A DNA stretch of 64,000 nt. It comes from Podarcis liolepis. Taxonomy: Eukaryota. The stretch lies in the NCBI GenBank assembly GCA_965112155.1, contig OZ218114.1. One strand, 5' to 3'. Numbering within the stretch: the first letter of the stretch is position 1; each line of letters starts with the position of its first letter. Position numbers and translations under genes: made by a program. The notes beneath the pieces are model-generated. The model saw only the letters and a program-made list of their open reading frames with translations. It ran no database searches and was not told where the DNA came from. Below are positions 1 through 11,613 of this stretch, piece after piece.

Positions 1-119
1 GTTTTCAAGCATCTGCTGCTGGGAGGACTGTGTGTGTGCTCCCTCACATGATTTTACCTATGTATTTATTTAGAAGAGATTGCAGAGAACATTACAAAGC
101 CGCAGGGTAAAATGCATAG

Positions 120-589
120 AGACATCACCTTGCCAACAAAGGTCCGTATAGTTAAAGCTATGGTTTTCCCAGTAGTGATGTATGGAAGTGAGAGCTGGAC
201 CATAAAGAAGGCTGATCGCCGAAGAATTGATGCTTTTGAATTATGGTGCTGGAGGAGACTCTTGAGAGTTCCATGGACTGCAAGATCAAACCTATCCATT
301 CTTAAGGAAATCAGCCCTGAGTGCTCACTGGAAGGACAGATTGTGAAGCTGAGGCTTCAGTACTTTGGCCACCTCATAAGAAGAGAAGACTCCCTGGAAA
401 AGACTCTGACGTTGGGAAAGGTGGAGGGCACAAGGAGAAGGGGATGACAGAGGACGAGATGGTTGGATAGTGTCTTCGAAGCTACCAGCATGAGTCTGAC
501 CAAACTGCGGGAGGCAGTGGAAGACAGAAGTGCCTGGCGTGCTCTGGTTCAGGGGGTCACGAAGAGTCGGACACGACTAAACAACAACA
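120..589 (+). mobile_element. BovB (RTE-clade) LINE, 5'-truncated 3' end
   Basis: Translation VFPVVMYGSESWTIKKADRRRIDAFELWCWRRLL is typical of the BovB ORF C-terminus. Tail GAAGAGTCGGACACGACTAAACAACAAC. 11-bp TSD AAAATGCATAG at 109-119 and 590-600. Confidence 0.93.
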
Positions 590-1602
590 AAAATGCATAG
601 GCTGGTTTGGGGCTCAGAAAGGAAGCACAGTGCTCTGTAGCTGCGCTTGAACTCTTACAAGCCAGGAAGTCCAAAAAGGTTTCCACATGATGGCAAATCG
701 AAAGGGCCAAAGTTTCTTTCCATTGCACTGAAATAAGCAGACATGAATTCTGAGAATGCCCATTTGGAGCAATACTAAAGGAGTCCAAGGAGAAGGCAAG
801 ACAAAATGCTGACAGGAGTGAAGTTGGGAGGGGTGGGAAGGAGAAAGAAAGCTGTGGGCACTAACCCGCCTTTTAGGTAGAACTTGGTGGTTTGGCAGTT
901 TGGCATTTAGCTAGGAGAAAATGCTCCCTGACCAGCCCTCAGCCCTGCTGAGTTGTGTGCTCTGCACAGTGGGCTCATTTGTACCTCACTCTCAGCAGAC
1001 CTGCACCTTCGAACAGCTGCATCATGGGAGAACAGCTAGGGAAAGCAACTTTTTCGAGCGTTTAGAAGAGTTTGTTTCTGTCTTAGTATTGATTAAATAA
1101 AGCCAAATAACACACACTTCCTGCTCTTTGTGTTATGTATATGCCCTGCGATTAAACAGAAACATCGAACTGAAGATATACCCAAGCTGGAGCACTTCAA
1201 CGGCTGCTCTAAGAGCAAGGGTGATCTCCAACTCTTAAGCCCCGGCAGCTCGGAAGCCTGAGTCAGTTTTAACAAATAAGATGGGAACAACGTTATCTTT
1301 CTCTGGTCACTGCCCCAGGGTCTTCCTTTTCCTCGGGTGTCATTTCCTGTTGTGACTAATTTTAAGCCATCTGCTCCCTTTGGGCTCACTCGCTACTGCA
1401 GCTGGTCGCAGGAAAGTTGCCTCATTTCACGTCACCCAGCAGATGCAGTAACGGGAAAGCTGAGCACCAGATGACAGAAATGAAAAAGTCAGGCGTCTCA
1501 GCCCAAGGTTTCTGCCCAGTGCCAGTAAGTTAAAACTACTGTGTTCAGAAGCCATGGTGCAAAACTGCACAGGCACAGATTAAAGGGCACAGGGACCCTG
1601 TT

Positions 1603-1896
1603 GAGAATGGGCCTTGCATCTCCACCCTGCCTTATTTCACTTGTGTGATCCCCACATCCTAACGTGCAGCATTCCAGAAGCCCTGGTTCTCTCAGGATGG
1701 GCAAATCTGCTACAGTCAGAGCTTATCCCCCAGCTTCAAAAATCACCATCACCCCCATTTCTTTTGATGAGGGAATGTGAACACCCACCCACAGAACAAG
1801 GCTGGCACTGTCTTCACAGGGAGATGCTTCATCACAGGTCAGACAATTTGTCCACCTAACCTAGTATTGCCAGCTCTGGCTGGCAGTGTCTCCCCA
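1603..1896 (+). repeat. Left copy of the 294-bp direct duplication flanking the L1
   Basis: Identical to 4486-4779 except at 1625/4508 (C/T) and 1699/4582 (G/A). Confidence 0.95.
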
Positions 1897-4485
1897 CTGA
1901 AGGAATGGTTGACTGAAGGAATGGTTGACTCAACCACTAAGAGAAGTTTGTAATGAGATCCTTGAGGGAAAAAGGGCACCTGAATCGTGGAAAGAGGCAT
2001 ATATTTCACTCATACCAAAGTCAGAGACTGAAAAGACCCAACTCAAGAACTACCGCCCAATATCACTCCTTAATGTGGATTACAAAATTTTTGCAGACAT
2101 TTTGGCAAAAAGATTTAAAAGAGTTTTGATGGAGAAGATTCATAAGGACCAAGCAGGTTTTCTCCCTAAAAGACACCTGGCAGACAATGTAAGGAATGTA
2201 ATAGACATTCTGGAAAAGCTAGAGGTGAATATAAACACTAAAGCAGTATTGATTTTTGTGGACGCGGAGAAAGCCTTTGACAATATTTCTTGGAGTTTTA
2301 TGAGGAAGAATCTTCATGGGATGGGGGTGGGCCAGGGTTTTGAGAATGGTATGGCTGCAATATATTCTGAACAAAAAGCTAAACTGATTGTAAACAATGT
2401 TGTGACTGAGGAACTCAAGATAGAAAAAGGAACACGACAGGGGTGCCCGATTTCCCCATTACTTTTTATTTCAGTTCTGGAGGTGTTGCTGAATATGATA
2501 AGAAATGACCAGCAGGTCAAAGGTGTGCAGGTCGGAGCTAAACATTATAAGTTAAGAGCGTTTGCAGATGACCTAGTATTGACTTTGCAAGAGCCAAACA
2601 CTAGTACGAAAAAGGTTTTAGAAATAATACAACAGTTTGGCCAGGTAGCTGGATTTAAGTTGAACAAGCAAAAAACTAAAGTCTTAGGGAAAAACTTAAC
2701 AGATATGGAAAAGGAGAAATTTCAAGAGGAAACAGGTTTGACTGTGGTAAAGAAGGTGAAATATCTAGGGGTTTACTTAACATCTAAGAATGTGAACTTG
2801 TATAAGGACAACTATGAAAAATGTTGGTCAGAAATTAAAAAAGATCTAGAAATATGGTCAAATTTGAAATTGTCAATGTTAGGCCGAATTGCAGTAATTA
2901 AAATGAATGTATTGCCTAGAGTGTTATTTTTGTTTCAGACCTTGCAGATTCTTGACAAGATGGAATGTTTTAAGAGGTGGCACAAAGACATTTCGAAATT
3001 TGTCTGGCAGGGCAAAAAGCCCCGAATTAAATTTAAGATATTGACAGATGTTAAAGAAAGAGGGGGTTTTGCCCTGCCGGACCTAAAATTGTACTATGAG
3101 GCAGCAGCTTTTTGCTGGCTGAAAGAATGGATGCTCCTCGAGAATACGGACATCTTGGATCTGGAAGGTTTTAATAACGCTTTTGGTTGGCATGCATATC
3201 TTTGGTATGATAAAGTTAACAGTGCCTTTAAAAATCATATTGTCAGAAAAGCATTGTTTAATGTTTGGATAAGATATAAAGATCTATTGGAAAATAAAAC
3301 CCCTAGATGGGTGTCACCAGTGGAGGCTAAAGCAGTGAAGAAGCTCAATATGGAGGTCGGATGGCCGAAGTATTGGGAAATTTTAGAACAGGATGGAGAT
3401 AAGTTCAAACTACAAAGTCAGGAGAAATTGAAGCATAAAGTAGAAAATTGGTTCCAATATCGTCAAATAATGGAATTTTTTAAACAGGACAGGAAAATCG
3501 GTTTCCAGGTGGAAAAATCAAAATTAGAAACCGAACTGTTAGAACCCAATACTAAGAATTTATCTAGAATGTACAACTTGCCGTTGAAATGGAACACACA
3601 GGATGAAACAGTTAAATCGGCTATGATTAAGTGGGCTCAGGATGTTGGACATAACATTATGTCAGCTGACTGGGAATGGTTATGGAACACCGGTATTAAA
3701 TTTACGGCATGTAATGCCTTAAAGGAAAACATTATGAAAATGGTATACAGGTGGTACATGACCCCAGTCAAGCTGGCAAAAATCTATCATTTGCCCGATA
3801 ATAAATGTTGGAAGTGTAAAGAGACTGAAGGTACCTTCTATCACCTTTGGTGGACATGCCCGAAGATTAAGGCCTTCTGGGAAATGATCTATAATGAAAT
3901 GAAAAAGGTACTTAAATATACCTTTCCTAAAAAACCAGAGGCCTTTCTCTTGGGCATTGTCGGCCAATTGGTGACAAAGAAAGATAGAATCTTTTTTATG
4001 TATGCCACAACAGCAGCAAGAATACTCATCGCAAAGTATTGGAAGACACAAGATTTACCCACTGTGGAAGAATGGCAGATGAAAGTGATGGACTATATGA
4101 CACTGGCCGAGATGACAGGCAGAATCCGTGACCAACGAAAAGAGACGGTGGAAGAAGAGTGGAAAAAATTTAAAAGCTATCTTAAGGACTACTATAAACT
4201 TAATGAATGTTAAAATGTTGTGGTTTCTAGAAGCAAAAGGGTACAGGGATACAAGGCTAGACTATAAAAGAGGACTAAGATGATAAAGATTGGAAAGTAA
4301 CAATTGGGAGTTGCTTGTTGAATTTTGGACATTGGGATGCAGAGAGGGGGGGTATGGGGAAGTCCAAGAAAAGAGGTTTATGAAAATATGTTTGAAATTA
4401 TACGTGTATGTTTGTCATTTTTAGTGTTTGTTTGTTTTTCTTAAAAGTGTTGTAAAATCAATAAAAATTTTATAAAAAAAAAAAA
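1897..4485 (+). mobile_element. L1-clade LINE, 5'-truncated, young, antisense within JAM3 intron 7
   Basis: Uninterrupted ORF2 remainder, 3' UTR, AATAAA at 4460-4465, poly(A) at 4474-4485. Target site TT/GAGA. Confidence 0.95.
1925..4213 (+). CDS. L1 ORF2 fragment: reverse transcriptase plus C-terminal CCHC; endonuclease domain missing
   Basis: Motifs YRPISLLNVDYK, DQAGF, DAEKAFD, GTRQGCPISPLLF, FADD and CWKC...HLWWTC. 762 codons without a stop. Probably not expressed, since the 5' part is missing. Confidence 0.9.
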   Translation: MTQPLREVCNEILEGKRAPESWKEAYISLIPKSETEKTQLKNYRPISLLNVDYKIFADILAKRFKRVLMEKIHKDQAGFLPKRHLADNVRNVIDILEKLEVNINTKAVLIFVDAEKAFDNISWSFMRKNLHGMGVGQGFENGMAAIYSEQKAKLIVNNVVTEELKIEKGTRQGCPISPLLFISVLEVLLNMIRNDQQVKGVQVGAKHYKLRAFADDLVLTLQEPNTSTKKVLEIIQQFGQVAGFKLNKQKTKVLGKNLTDMEKEKFQEETGLTVVKKVKYLGVYLTSKNVNLYKDNYEKCWSEIKKDLEIWSNLKLSMLGRIAVIKMNVLPRVLFLFQTLQILDKMECFKRWHKDISKFVWQGKKPRIKFKILTDVKERGGFALPDLKLYYEAAAFCWLKEWMLLENTDILDLEGFNNAFGWHAYLWYDKVNSAFKNHIVRKALFNVWIRYKDLLENKTPRWVSPVEAKAVKKLNMEVGWPKYWEILEQDGDKFKLQSQEKLKHKVENWFQYRQIMEFFKQDRKIGFQVEKSKLETELLEPNTKNLSRMYNLPLKWNTQDETVKSAMIKWAQDVGHNIMSADWEWLWNTGIKFTACNALKENIMKMVYRWYMTPVKLAKIYHLPDNKCWKCKETEGTFYHLWWTCPKIKAFWEMIYNEMKKVLKYTFPKKPEAFLLGIVGQLVTKKDRIFFMYATTAARILIAKYWKTQDLPTVEEWQMKVMDYMTLAEMTGRIRDQRKETVEEEWKKFKSYLKDYYKLNEC

Positions 4486-4779
4486 GAGAATGGGCCTTGC
4501 ATCTCCATCCTGCCTTATTTCACTTGTGTGATCCCCACATCCTAACGTGCAGCATTCCAGAAGCCCTGGTTCTCTCAGGATAGGCAAATCTGCTACAGTC
4601 AGAGCTTATCCCCCAGCTTCAAAAATCACCATCACCCCCATTTCTTTTGATGAGGGAATGTGAACACCCACCCACAGAACAAGGCTGGCACTGTCTTCAC
4701 AGGGAGATGCTTCATCACAGGTCAGACAATTTGTCCACCTAACCTAGTATTGCCAGCTCTGGCTGGCAGTGTCTCCCCA
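4486..4779 (+). repeat. Right copy of the 294-bp direct duplication flanking the L1
   Basis: Begins immediately after the poly(A) and matches 1603-1896. Confidence 0.95.
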
Positions 4780-4928
4780 GGGTTCTCAAGTAGAAACAGA
4801 CTTTTCCCATCAGCTGGCAAACAGATCCTTTTAAACTAGAGATTCTTTGAACTGGACCTGAGACTTTCTGCATGCAGAAGAACACACTCATTGCCACTGA
4901 CTTGTCGTCCCTCCCACACTTTGAAATA

Positions 4929-5170
4929 CAGTGGTACCTCGGGTTACATACGCTTCAGGTTACATACGCTTCAGGTTACAGACTCTGCTAACCCAGAAAT
5001 AGTACCTCGGGTTAAGAACTTTGCTTCAGGATGAGAACAGAAATCATGCTCTGACAGCGTGGCAGCAGCGGGCGGCCCCATTAGCTAAAGTGGTGCTTCA
5101 GGTTAAGAACAGTTTCAGGTTAAGAACAGACCTCCGGAACGAATTAAGTACTTAACCCAAGGTACCACTG
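4929..5170 (+). mobile_element. Tc1/mariner-type MITE, family A
   Basis: TIRs CAGTGGTACCTC...GGTACCACTG, TA flanks, internal CTTCAGGTTA repeats. Siblings at 19708 and 51297. Confidence 0.88.
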
Positions 5171-5172
5171 TA

Positions 5173-5432
5173 CAATCATACCTCATGTTACGTTTGCTTC
5201 ATGTTACGTTCTTTCTGGTTACGTCCCGCGGCAACCCAGAAGTACCAGAAAGGGTTACTTCCAGGTCTCGCCGCTCGTACATGCGCAGAAACGCAGAATG
5301 ACGTAATGCGCATGCACAGAAGCAATGAATTGCAACCCGTGCATGCGCAGACGCGCCACTGCAGGTTGCACTCTTTTCATGTTGCGAACGTGCCACCGGA
5401 ACAGATCCTGTTCACAACCAGAGGTACCACTG
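5173..5432. mobile_element. Tc1/mariner-type MITE, family B, abutting family A
   Basis: Ends CAATCATACCTC / GAGGTACCACTG, TA flanks, internal GCGCATGC palindromes. Relative at 51541. Confidence 0.8.
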
Positions 5433-5800
5433 TAGCAATATCGTCAAGGATCGTTTCCTTTAATGTTTCTCCAATGTTTTAATGTTTCTCTCCATTCAAA
5501 GTAGGGAGAGTAGGCCACTGCTTGTGCTTCTGTCGGAAGGCAGCTGCCTATGTGAGCTGACTGTCCTGCAGCCATTGGGAGTGCCCCTTTGTTAGAATTC
5601 TTTTACCTTGTGTAATGAGCGCTCAGTTCATTGCACCAGATTTGAGGCATTTGCTCTTTAAAGCAGTTGGCCTTACATGCAACCCAGTCCCATGTGTGCA
5701 TGCAGATTGGCTTTAATCACATGGTCTTTCGCTCCCTCTGCTGAGAGAAAATCACCTGGGGGGAAAGCAGTGAGATGAGGAATCAGTTGCTTAGGCTTAC

Positions 5801-5930
5801 CTATTTCCATTTTGCTTGTTATTCACAAATAATCCCTTCCTGTAGGCGCAGCAGATTCCCACCGTAGTCAGCAAGAGGACAGCGAGGACCACCATGACCC
5901 CTCCAACAATCCCAGCAATGTTAAGGTCAT
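5801..5930 (-). CDS. JAM3: JAM3 exon 7 (transmembrane and juxtamembrane: YDLNIAGIVGGVMVVLAVLLLTTVGICCAYRKGLFVNNKQNGN)
   Basis: CAG acceptor, GTAAGC donor, 130 nt. GICCAYR and NNKQ are characteristic of JAM-C. No exons for the PDZ-binding tail were found in the window. Confidence 0.97.
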
Positions 5931-6041
5931 CTGGAGGAGAAAAGACAGCCATGAACATCCAGCCCCTGCTTGTTTGCAGGGGAAAGAATGCATCCTGAAC
6001 ATCAGCAAAAAAAACACCCCTGCCCCACTTCCTAGACTCAC

Positions 6042-6141
6042 AGACTTCCATCTCCATCTCCTCGCACCAGGCATCGCCCACGGCATTCGTCGCTCTACAG
6101 GTGTAACGGCCCGTGTCTCCTTTTTGCACTTCGCTGAAGAC
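6042..6141 (-). CDS. JAM3: JAM3 exon 6 (VFSEVQKGDTGRYTCRATNAVGDAWCEEMEMEV)
   Basis: CAG acceptor, GTGAGT donor, 100 nt, DxGxYxC motif. Separated from exon 7 by a 111-bp intron. Confidence 0.97.
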
Positions 6142-7419
6142 CTGCACAAATACAAGTTGTGATTCCCAGTAATAGGTGGTATTTATGAAAGCTTTCCGCA
6201 AGCACTCAGTGTGTTTCTTGCACAGTACATCCTATGAGATTGTACCCTTTCAGAATGGGGTGTTGGGGTGGTTGGAGGGGGGGTCACATATTTGAAGGCT
6301 CCTTCCATCAAAAAAAACTCCATGCGTGTAGAAAAAGCAGCACTTAAAAGAGAGGAAGGTTTAAGCCTAGCATGCTTTCTGCATACAGGGACATTTTCTA
6401 CATGAAGAGCGTGAAATAAATGCATATCCCTCCCATTTCCTTCCTCTCATCTCCCCACTGCACTGAATTATATACCAGGAGGGGCTGTCCTCTTGTATTT
6501 TGTAAAGCACAATGCATGCCTATGGATGACAGAGTAATACCTATAATATCCCCCCCCCATCTGCATTCTGAAATGGCACAGTCCCAGATGTCTGCACCAC
6601 ATGCCTCCCCCCCCCCCCCCGAATGTGTAAACTGGCTCTGAACTCTACCTAGAGAATTAGAAGCTACAAGTGGGGCCTGAACCAGAATGTGGCAGTGTGT
6701 ACCCTTCCTCCTAATGGGAGCATTCGTTTTCAGGGATCCAGACATTGAGCTGTACCCCCTTTCCAAGGCACTCCATTCAATTTCCAACACCTGGTTTTCT
6801 TTTCCAATTGACAGGTGAACATTCCAGGGCTACTGACCATGCTTAGTCGTCAGTCAGATACTTTCCCCAGTTTTTGTATTTCTGGAAACCTCTGGGTTCC
6901 ACAGAGCCTTGCTGGTGATTCCTCCCTCCTGCTTCTCAGTGGCCACTCAAGTTCACCATTATAAAAATTGATGGGGCTGAGAGCGAGAGCACAAAAAGCC
7001 GATCTGCAGGGAATACAGAACATTCCCCCAGCCTGCTAGGCCCATGGAATGCAGGAAGCCCCAGAAATGACCTGGCACTTTGACTGTCTCTACTTGATAT
7101 GAATAATGGAAGCATTCCCCATGCTGTGCTAGGCCGGTGGTCCAGGAACGAACCAGCAACCGGTTCTCCCCTGGCAGAAAACTGCTGAGGAAGCCCTCTC
7201 TTGCCAAAGTGTAAATTGAGGCTGGCAGAGGACATCGTGAGTGCCTGCTGAAGGGACAGAAGTGTCTCCTACGTTTTGTACCTATATTTAGCACTTGGAA
7301 GAACTACTGAACATTTTAAGGAGGGAAAGATCAAAGAGAGGCTGGCAGCTCCTTCGCTCTCTTCGTGTGCAACGTTGGGAAAAAGGTGCTCCGCTACAAA
7401 TGCTAGTGGGGTTATAGCA

Positions 7420-7860
7420 TCAATTAGTAAAATGGAGAAAATGAATGCCGGCAGGGAGGGCATTTTTTCTTCTCTTGTTAGTGACTGGAACTCAAGAGTA
7501 ACCCAATGAAACAGGCAAGCATTAAGGAAATCTTTCTCCCCTTTATTTGACGCACAATTAACTCATAGGAGTCGCTGCCACAAAATGAGGTAATAGATTG
7601 ATCATACATGGCTTGCAAATAAAAGGACTGGCCAAACTAGTGGAGGGATGGACTATCGTTTAGCTACTATGATAGCCTAACAGAGCCTCCATGCTCAGAG
7701 GCAGTCTACCTACGAATACCAGGATGCTGGGGACAAATAACAGAGGAGGAAAGGTGGTCTTTGCCATCCTGTTTGTGAGCTATCACAAAGCATCTGCTGG
7801 AGCAGGGAGTCCTCATTGTTTGAAGCAGAATACTGGACTAGATAAAAGTTCACTATGAGC
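7420..7860 (+). mobile_element. Old CR1 LINE 3' fragment
   Basis: Degenerate similarity to the reverse complement of the CR1 3' end at 29430-29900. Confidence 0.5.
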
Positions 7861-9906
7861 CACCGAGGCAATGCCCTGTCAGTTCCCTCCAGACCCCAAG
7901 TGTGATGAGTTGTATATCAGCCATTATTGCTAAGGTTTGGCCAGCTTGGCATCACCAGCTCCCATTAGGAACACAGGAAGTTGCCTTATACTGATTCATG
8001 CCCCTAGTCCACCTAGCTCTGTATTGTCTACACTGACCGGCAGCATCTCTCCAGTGTTTCAGACAGCACTACCTGGAGATGCCAGGACTTGAACCTGGTG
8101 CCTCCCACATGCAAAACAGATGCTCTACCACTGAGATATGACCCTTCTCCAAAAGTGAAACACTGCTCTGAGTGACAGCCATCAAAGCAGCAACTTGAGT
8201 GCCTATATGGTTCTTTGGCCGGGCTGGGTAGAGCTGAAAGGGCCTGAGTGCAACAACATCTGGAGGGTACCAGTCTGTGAAAGGCTGACCTAAACCGTAA
8301 GAATAAGCCATTAGTACAAAGAGCTTTCTTTTAGAAACAGATTTTCTTTTCTTTTAAATTTCTGAATGAGTATTCTACATAAAATATAACAGCACCCTGT
8401 CTTGCAGCATTATAATATGCGTTCTGGTACGCATTAAAAAGGTAATGATTTCTGGAAAAAGGAAAAAGCTCTACAGAAATCATCTCTGCTCCTGCCCCCC
8501 AGCATCTGTTAATCTAGCAATTTGTGCTATTTCTAAAGTTCTTAACTACCATCCCAAAAAGGTGGGCGGCAACACCATATACCATCATTCAGTCAGAAAT
8601 GAATTTGCAGCCACCGAGAAATAATATATTTTAGGCTTTGCGGTTGAAACAAGCTGGTTTCTTAAGAATAAGCATATTTCTTATTAATGATACTAATTTG
8701 CCTCTGGATTTGAAACTTCTGTGCTCCCTTGCACACTCAAATGATACGTTGTGCAATAAAGCGCCTGCTTAAAAGATACTTTGGATTTATAGGACAAACT
8801 GAGGTGCCTCTAAAATGCATGAAGGGGCGCTATTAAAATGGCTGGCTGCCCAATTTTTTGTGATTTTTTTTTTTTTAACATTTTGGGGAAAGATCTAAGT
8901 GTTCAAGGCCAGGTGGTTGGTTGAAACAACAACCACGCTTGGCCTCAGGTTTCTGTCACCAGGCATAGAGAAGCAGACCGTTGTTGTTTTTCAAATATCA
9001 TCAACCGTGAACCATCAGTCATAAATGTACAAACTTCCCATCCCTTCTATGAGAAAGGAGGTGCACATACCCAGCACAGACATCCTTAAAAAGGCAAGAA
9101 CTTAAGCCAGACCAACTGCAAAGCAGGAAAAAGAGTTGCTACCACCTTCCTGCTTTGCTTTGCTACAGCTTTCAGAGTGGAGAGATGTTGGAGTATCCCT
9201 GGAGGAGGATGCTGGACCCACCCACAGCTGATTTGCAATAGCTGGCCTGAAACCAGCCTTTTGGGTGGAGCAGGAGGTTAAAATGGGAATAAAATAGTTG
9301 TTTATCTGCTAATTAGTGGGTCAGAGCATTGTTTGTTTATTATCTGAGTGTGGTTTGCATGGCAGGTGTGTTCTTTCATAAATGTTAACATTAGGCAATA
9401 TATTGATGATGCAACCCTCCCCATGTTATTTTTGTGTGGGTGTCGCTTGGAGACCTTTTCCAAGAAAAAAATGATCGTGCAAATCAGGTGTGTCTGGGTA
9501 CACATTTATGCACATCAGCCACATTACTTGTGACATTGTGAGCATCAAAGGTAACGGTGAAGGACCCCTGGATGGTTAAGTCCAGGGGGATGCCCGTATG
9601 TCCCCACTCCTCATTGAAAATTTCCATTTCAGTGAATGTCTGAACAAGTTAATAGCATTATAGTTATGGGTGAACAGAGGAACATCCAATTCAGGGGTGG
9701 CTAAACTGTGCCCCTTCAGATGTTGCTGAACTACAACTCCCATAATCCTTGGCCACTGACCGTGCTTGATAGGGCTGACAGGACTTTTGGTTCACAACAT
9801 CTGGAGGGCACCAACATTGGCTAACCCTGATCCAATCCAACACACTGCCCCAAAGATAGGACAATCCACCCTTCCTCTGCCTGCCTGCCTGCCGCGTGAG
9901 ACTTAC

Positions 9907-10109
9907 CAACGTGCCCGTTTTTGTGTTCACAGTGAAGGAGGAATTCTGGAATTTAGAGCTGGCTTTGGAGTCAAGAGGCAAAGTTTCACCATTACGGTAC
10001 CATTTGTAAGTTGGTTCGGGGAAGCCTTCCTTTTCCTGGCAGTGGAGAGTAGCAGATTTACCCACGGGCACTGACTGGGGCACTCGGCACTTTGGGGCCA
10101 CTGGTTTCA
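9907..10109 (-). CDS. JAM3: JAM3 exon 5 (second Ig domain: [40 protein letters not shown]...TGTL)
   Basis: CAG acceptor, GTAAGT donor, 203 nt. Close match to JAM-C [29 protein letters not shown]. Confidence 0.97.
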
Positions 10110-11137
10110 CTGTTGGGGAAAGAGATGCCCACTAGGTCAGTCAGACTGGTTAATCATTTGCCACTATTCACATCCCACCCAACATGTGTTTCATTCACCC
10201 CTTCGTGCTGAATAGAGTAGAAGCTAAACCACTCCAAGTCGGTTACAAAATAAAGACAAAGCAGCGCCACTCCAATGAACAAAACATGCACAATGCTTGG
10301 GTGTGGTTTTGCCCCCCAGTCTTGTGAGCCAGAGAGCAGGGCAGCAACAGAGCAAGGCAGAGACAGGCCACAGCTGCAGGCCTCTCACTCTGCGCTGTAA
10401 TTAGCCCCACAGATCACACCAAGCCGGCTCTCAAGAAGCATGATCTGAGAGGATTGGGAAATTGGTGATTGGTTGATTTTTAGCACATTATAAGATCAAG
10501 CTGCTTTAAATAATAGCAACAATAATGGCTCCCTGCTCCTGGTCTCAGAAGCTAGGCAGACATCAAGGCTGAATAGGGGACCAACATAGCAAGCTTGCCA
10601 GGCATCAACTGCTGTCTCACTGTCCGTTTGGCATCCATCAGCCCTTATCGCAAAGCGGCAGAGCAGAAGTTCTGCAGCTGAGCTCCTGGGACTTCGGGTT
10701 AAGAGGATTCTCAGGTGACAGGGCTGGAAGAAACCTCCCCTTGAGATTGGGAAGACTCTTCTGCTTAAAGTAGACAGCAGTGAGTTAGACTGGTAAAAGG
10801 TACTTTCATGTACTCATATAGTTCTCCTTCTCCAAAGAATTTATAGCTAATATAGTTTACATTTTTAAAAAAGCTGCACATCTTAAGGGGAAATGCATTG
10901 AAAAGCACTGGAAAAGCTGCAGTTTATGGGGAAATTGCTCACAAAATGCGTACAATTAAATGCAGGCTTTTTGTGCCTATTGAAAAATCTGCACATAACA
11001 GGATGTGCAGGTCTATGACTGAGCGCCAGCGGGAATGGAACAGGATGGAACGAAGCCATTCCTAGCACCAAGTGATTTGAACAAAAGGCATCCAATCCCC
11101 GTGTACGTGCACAATGTGAGGATATCTAGGCTTATAC

Positions 11138-11290
11138 CATGAACTGTCAGGTTGATGTTGATCTCAGCTCCAATATGCGTGTCTTCAGGAGCCGCAACCT
11201 CGCACCGGTAGATGCCTTTATCTGCACGGGTCACATTGTGGATGATCAGTGATGTCCTCCCATGGAGCTCTGCACGGTCAACCCAGTCTC
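11138..11290 (-). CDS. JAM3: JAM3 exon 4 (Ig V domain second half: GDWVDRAELHGRTSLIIHNVTRADKGIYRCEVAAPED...NLTVH)
   Basis: AG/GT boundaries, 153 nt, DxGxYRCEV Ig motif. Confidence 0.96.
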
Positions 11291-11499
11291 CTACAGAAAG
11301 GCAAGGAAGAAGGGTGGAAGGTGTCCCCTGATACATCCGGCCCCCTGGAAATTTTAGTTAGCCCTCATAGCTCACAAAGCCTTAAGTGGAAATGGCAAAA
11401 AGTTCTAGGCACCCATCTGCTTTTTTGAAACTCTGAAGAGAAAGTTGCTCAGGGTTCAAATGAAACCTCAAGAAGAAAATCACTGCAAACATTTCCTAC

Positions 11500-11613
11500 C
11501 CTGCATCTTGTGGTCAAAATACACGTAGCTTGTGTCCTTGCCCGCAATTTTCTTCCATTCAATCCTAGGATTGACTGTCTTGGTGGAAGTGATGATGCAG
11601 GAAAGCTCAGCAC
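11500..11613 (-). CDS. JAM3: JAM3 exon 3 (Ig V domain first half: [37 protein letters not shown])
   Basis: TTCTGCAG acceptor, GTAGGA donor, 114 nt. Contains ELSCIIT and the JAM dimerisation motif PRIEWKK. Confidence 0.96.

Noticed and set aside
4486-4779. L1 3' transduction as the source of the duplication
   Set aside because: The duplicate lies after the poly(A), has no tail of its own and copies the local upstream flank, which fits a TSD rather than a transduction.
600-5800. JAM3 exons 8-9, including the PKGADG-containing ORF at 1093-1389
   Set aside because: No match to the expected DGVNYIRT or FRHKSSFVI peptides with suitable splice sites. These exons are presumably left of the window.
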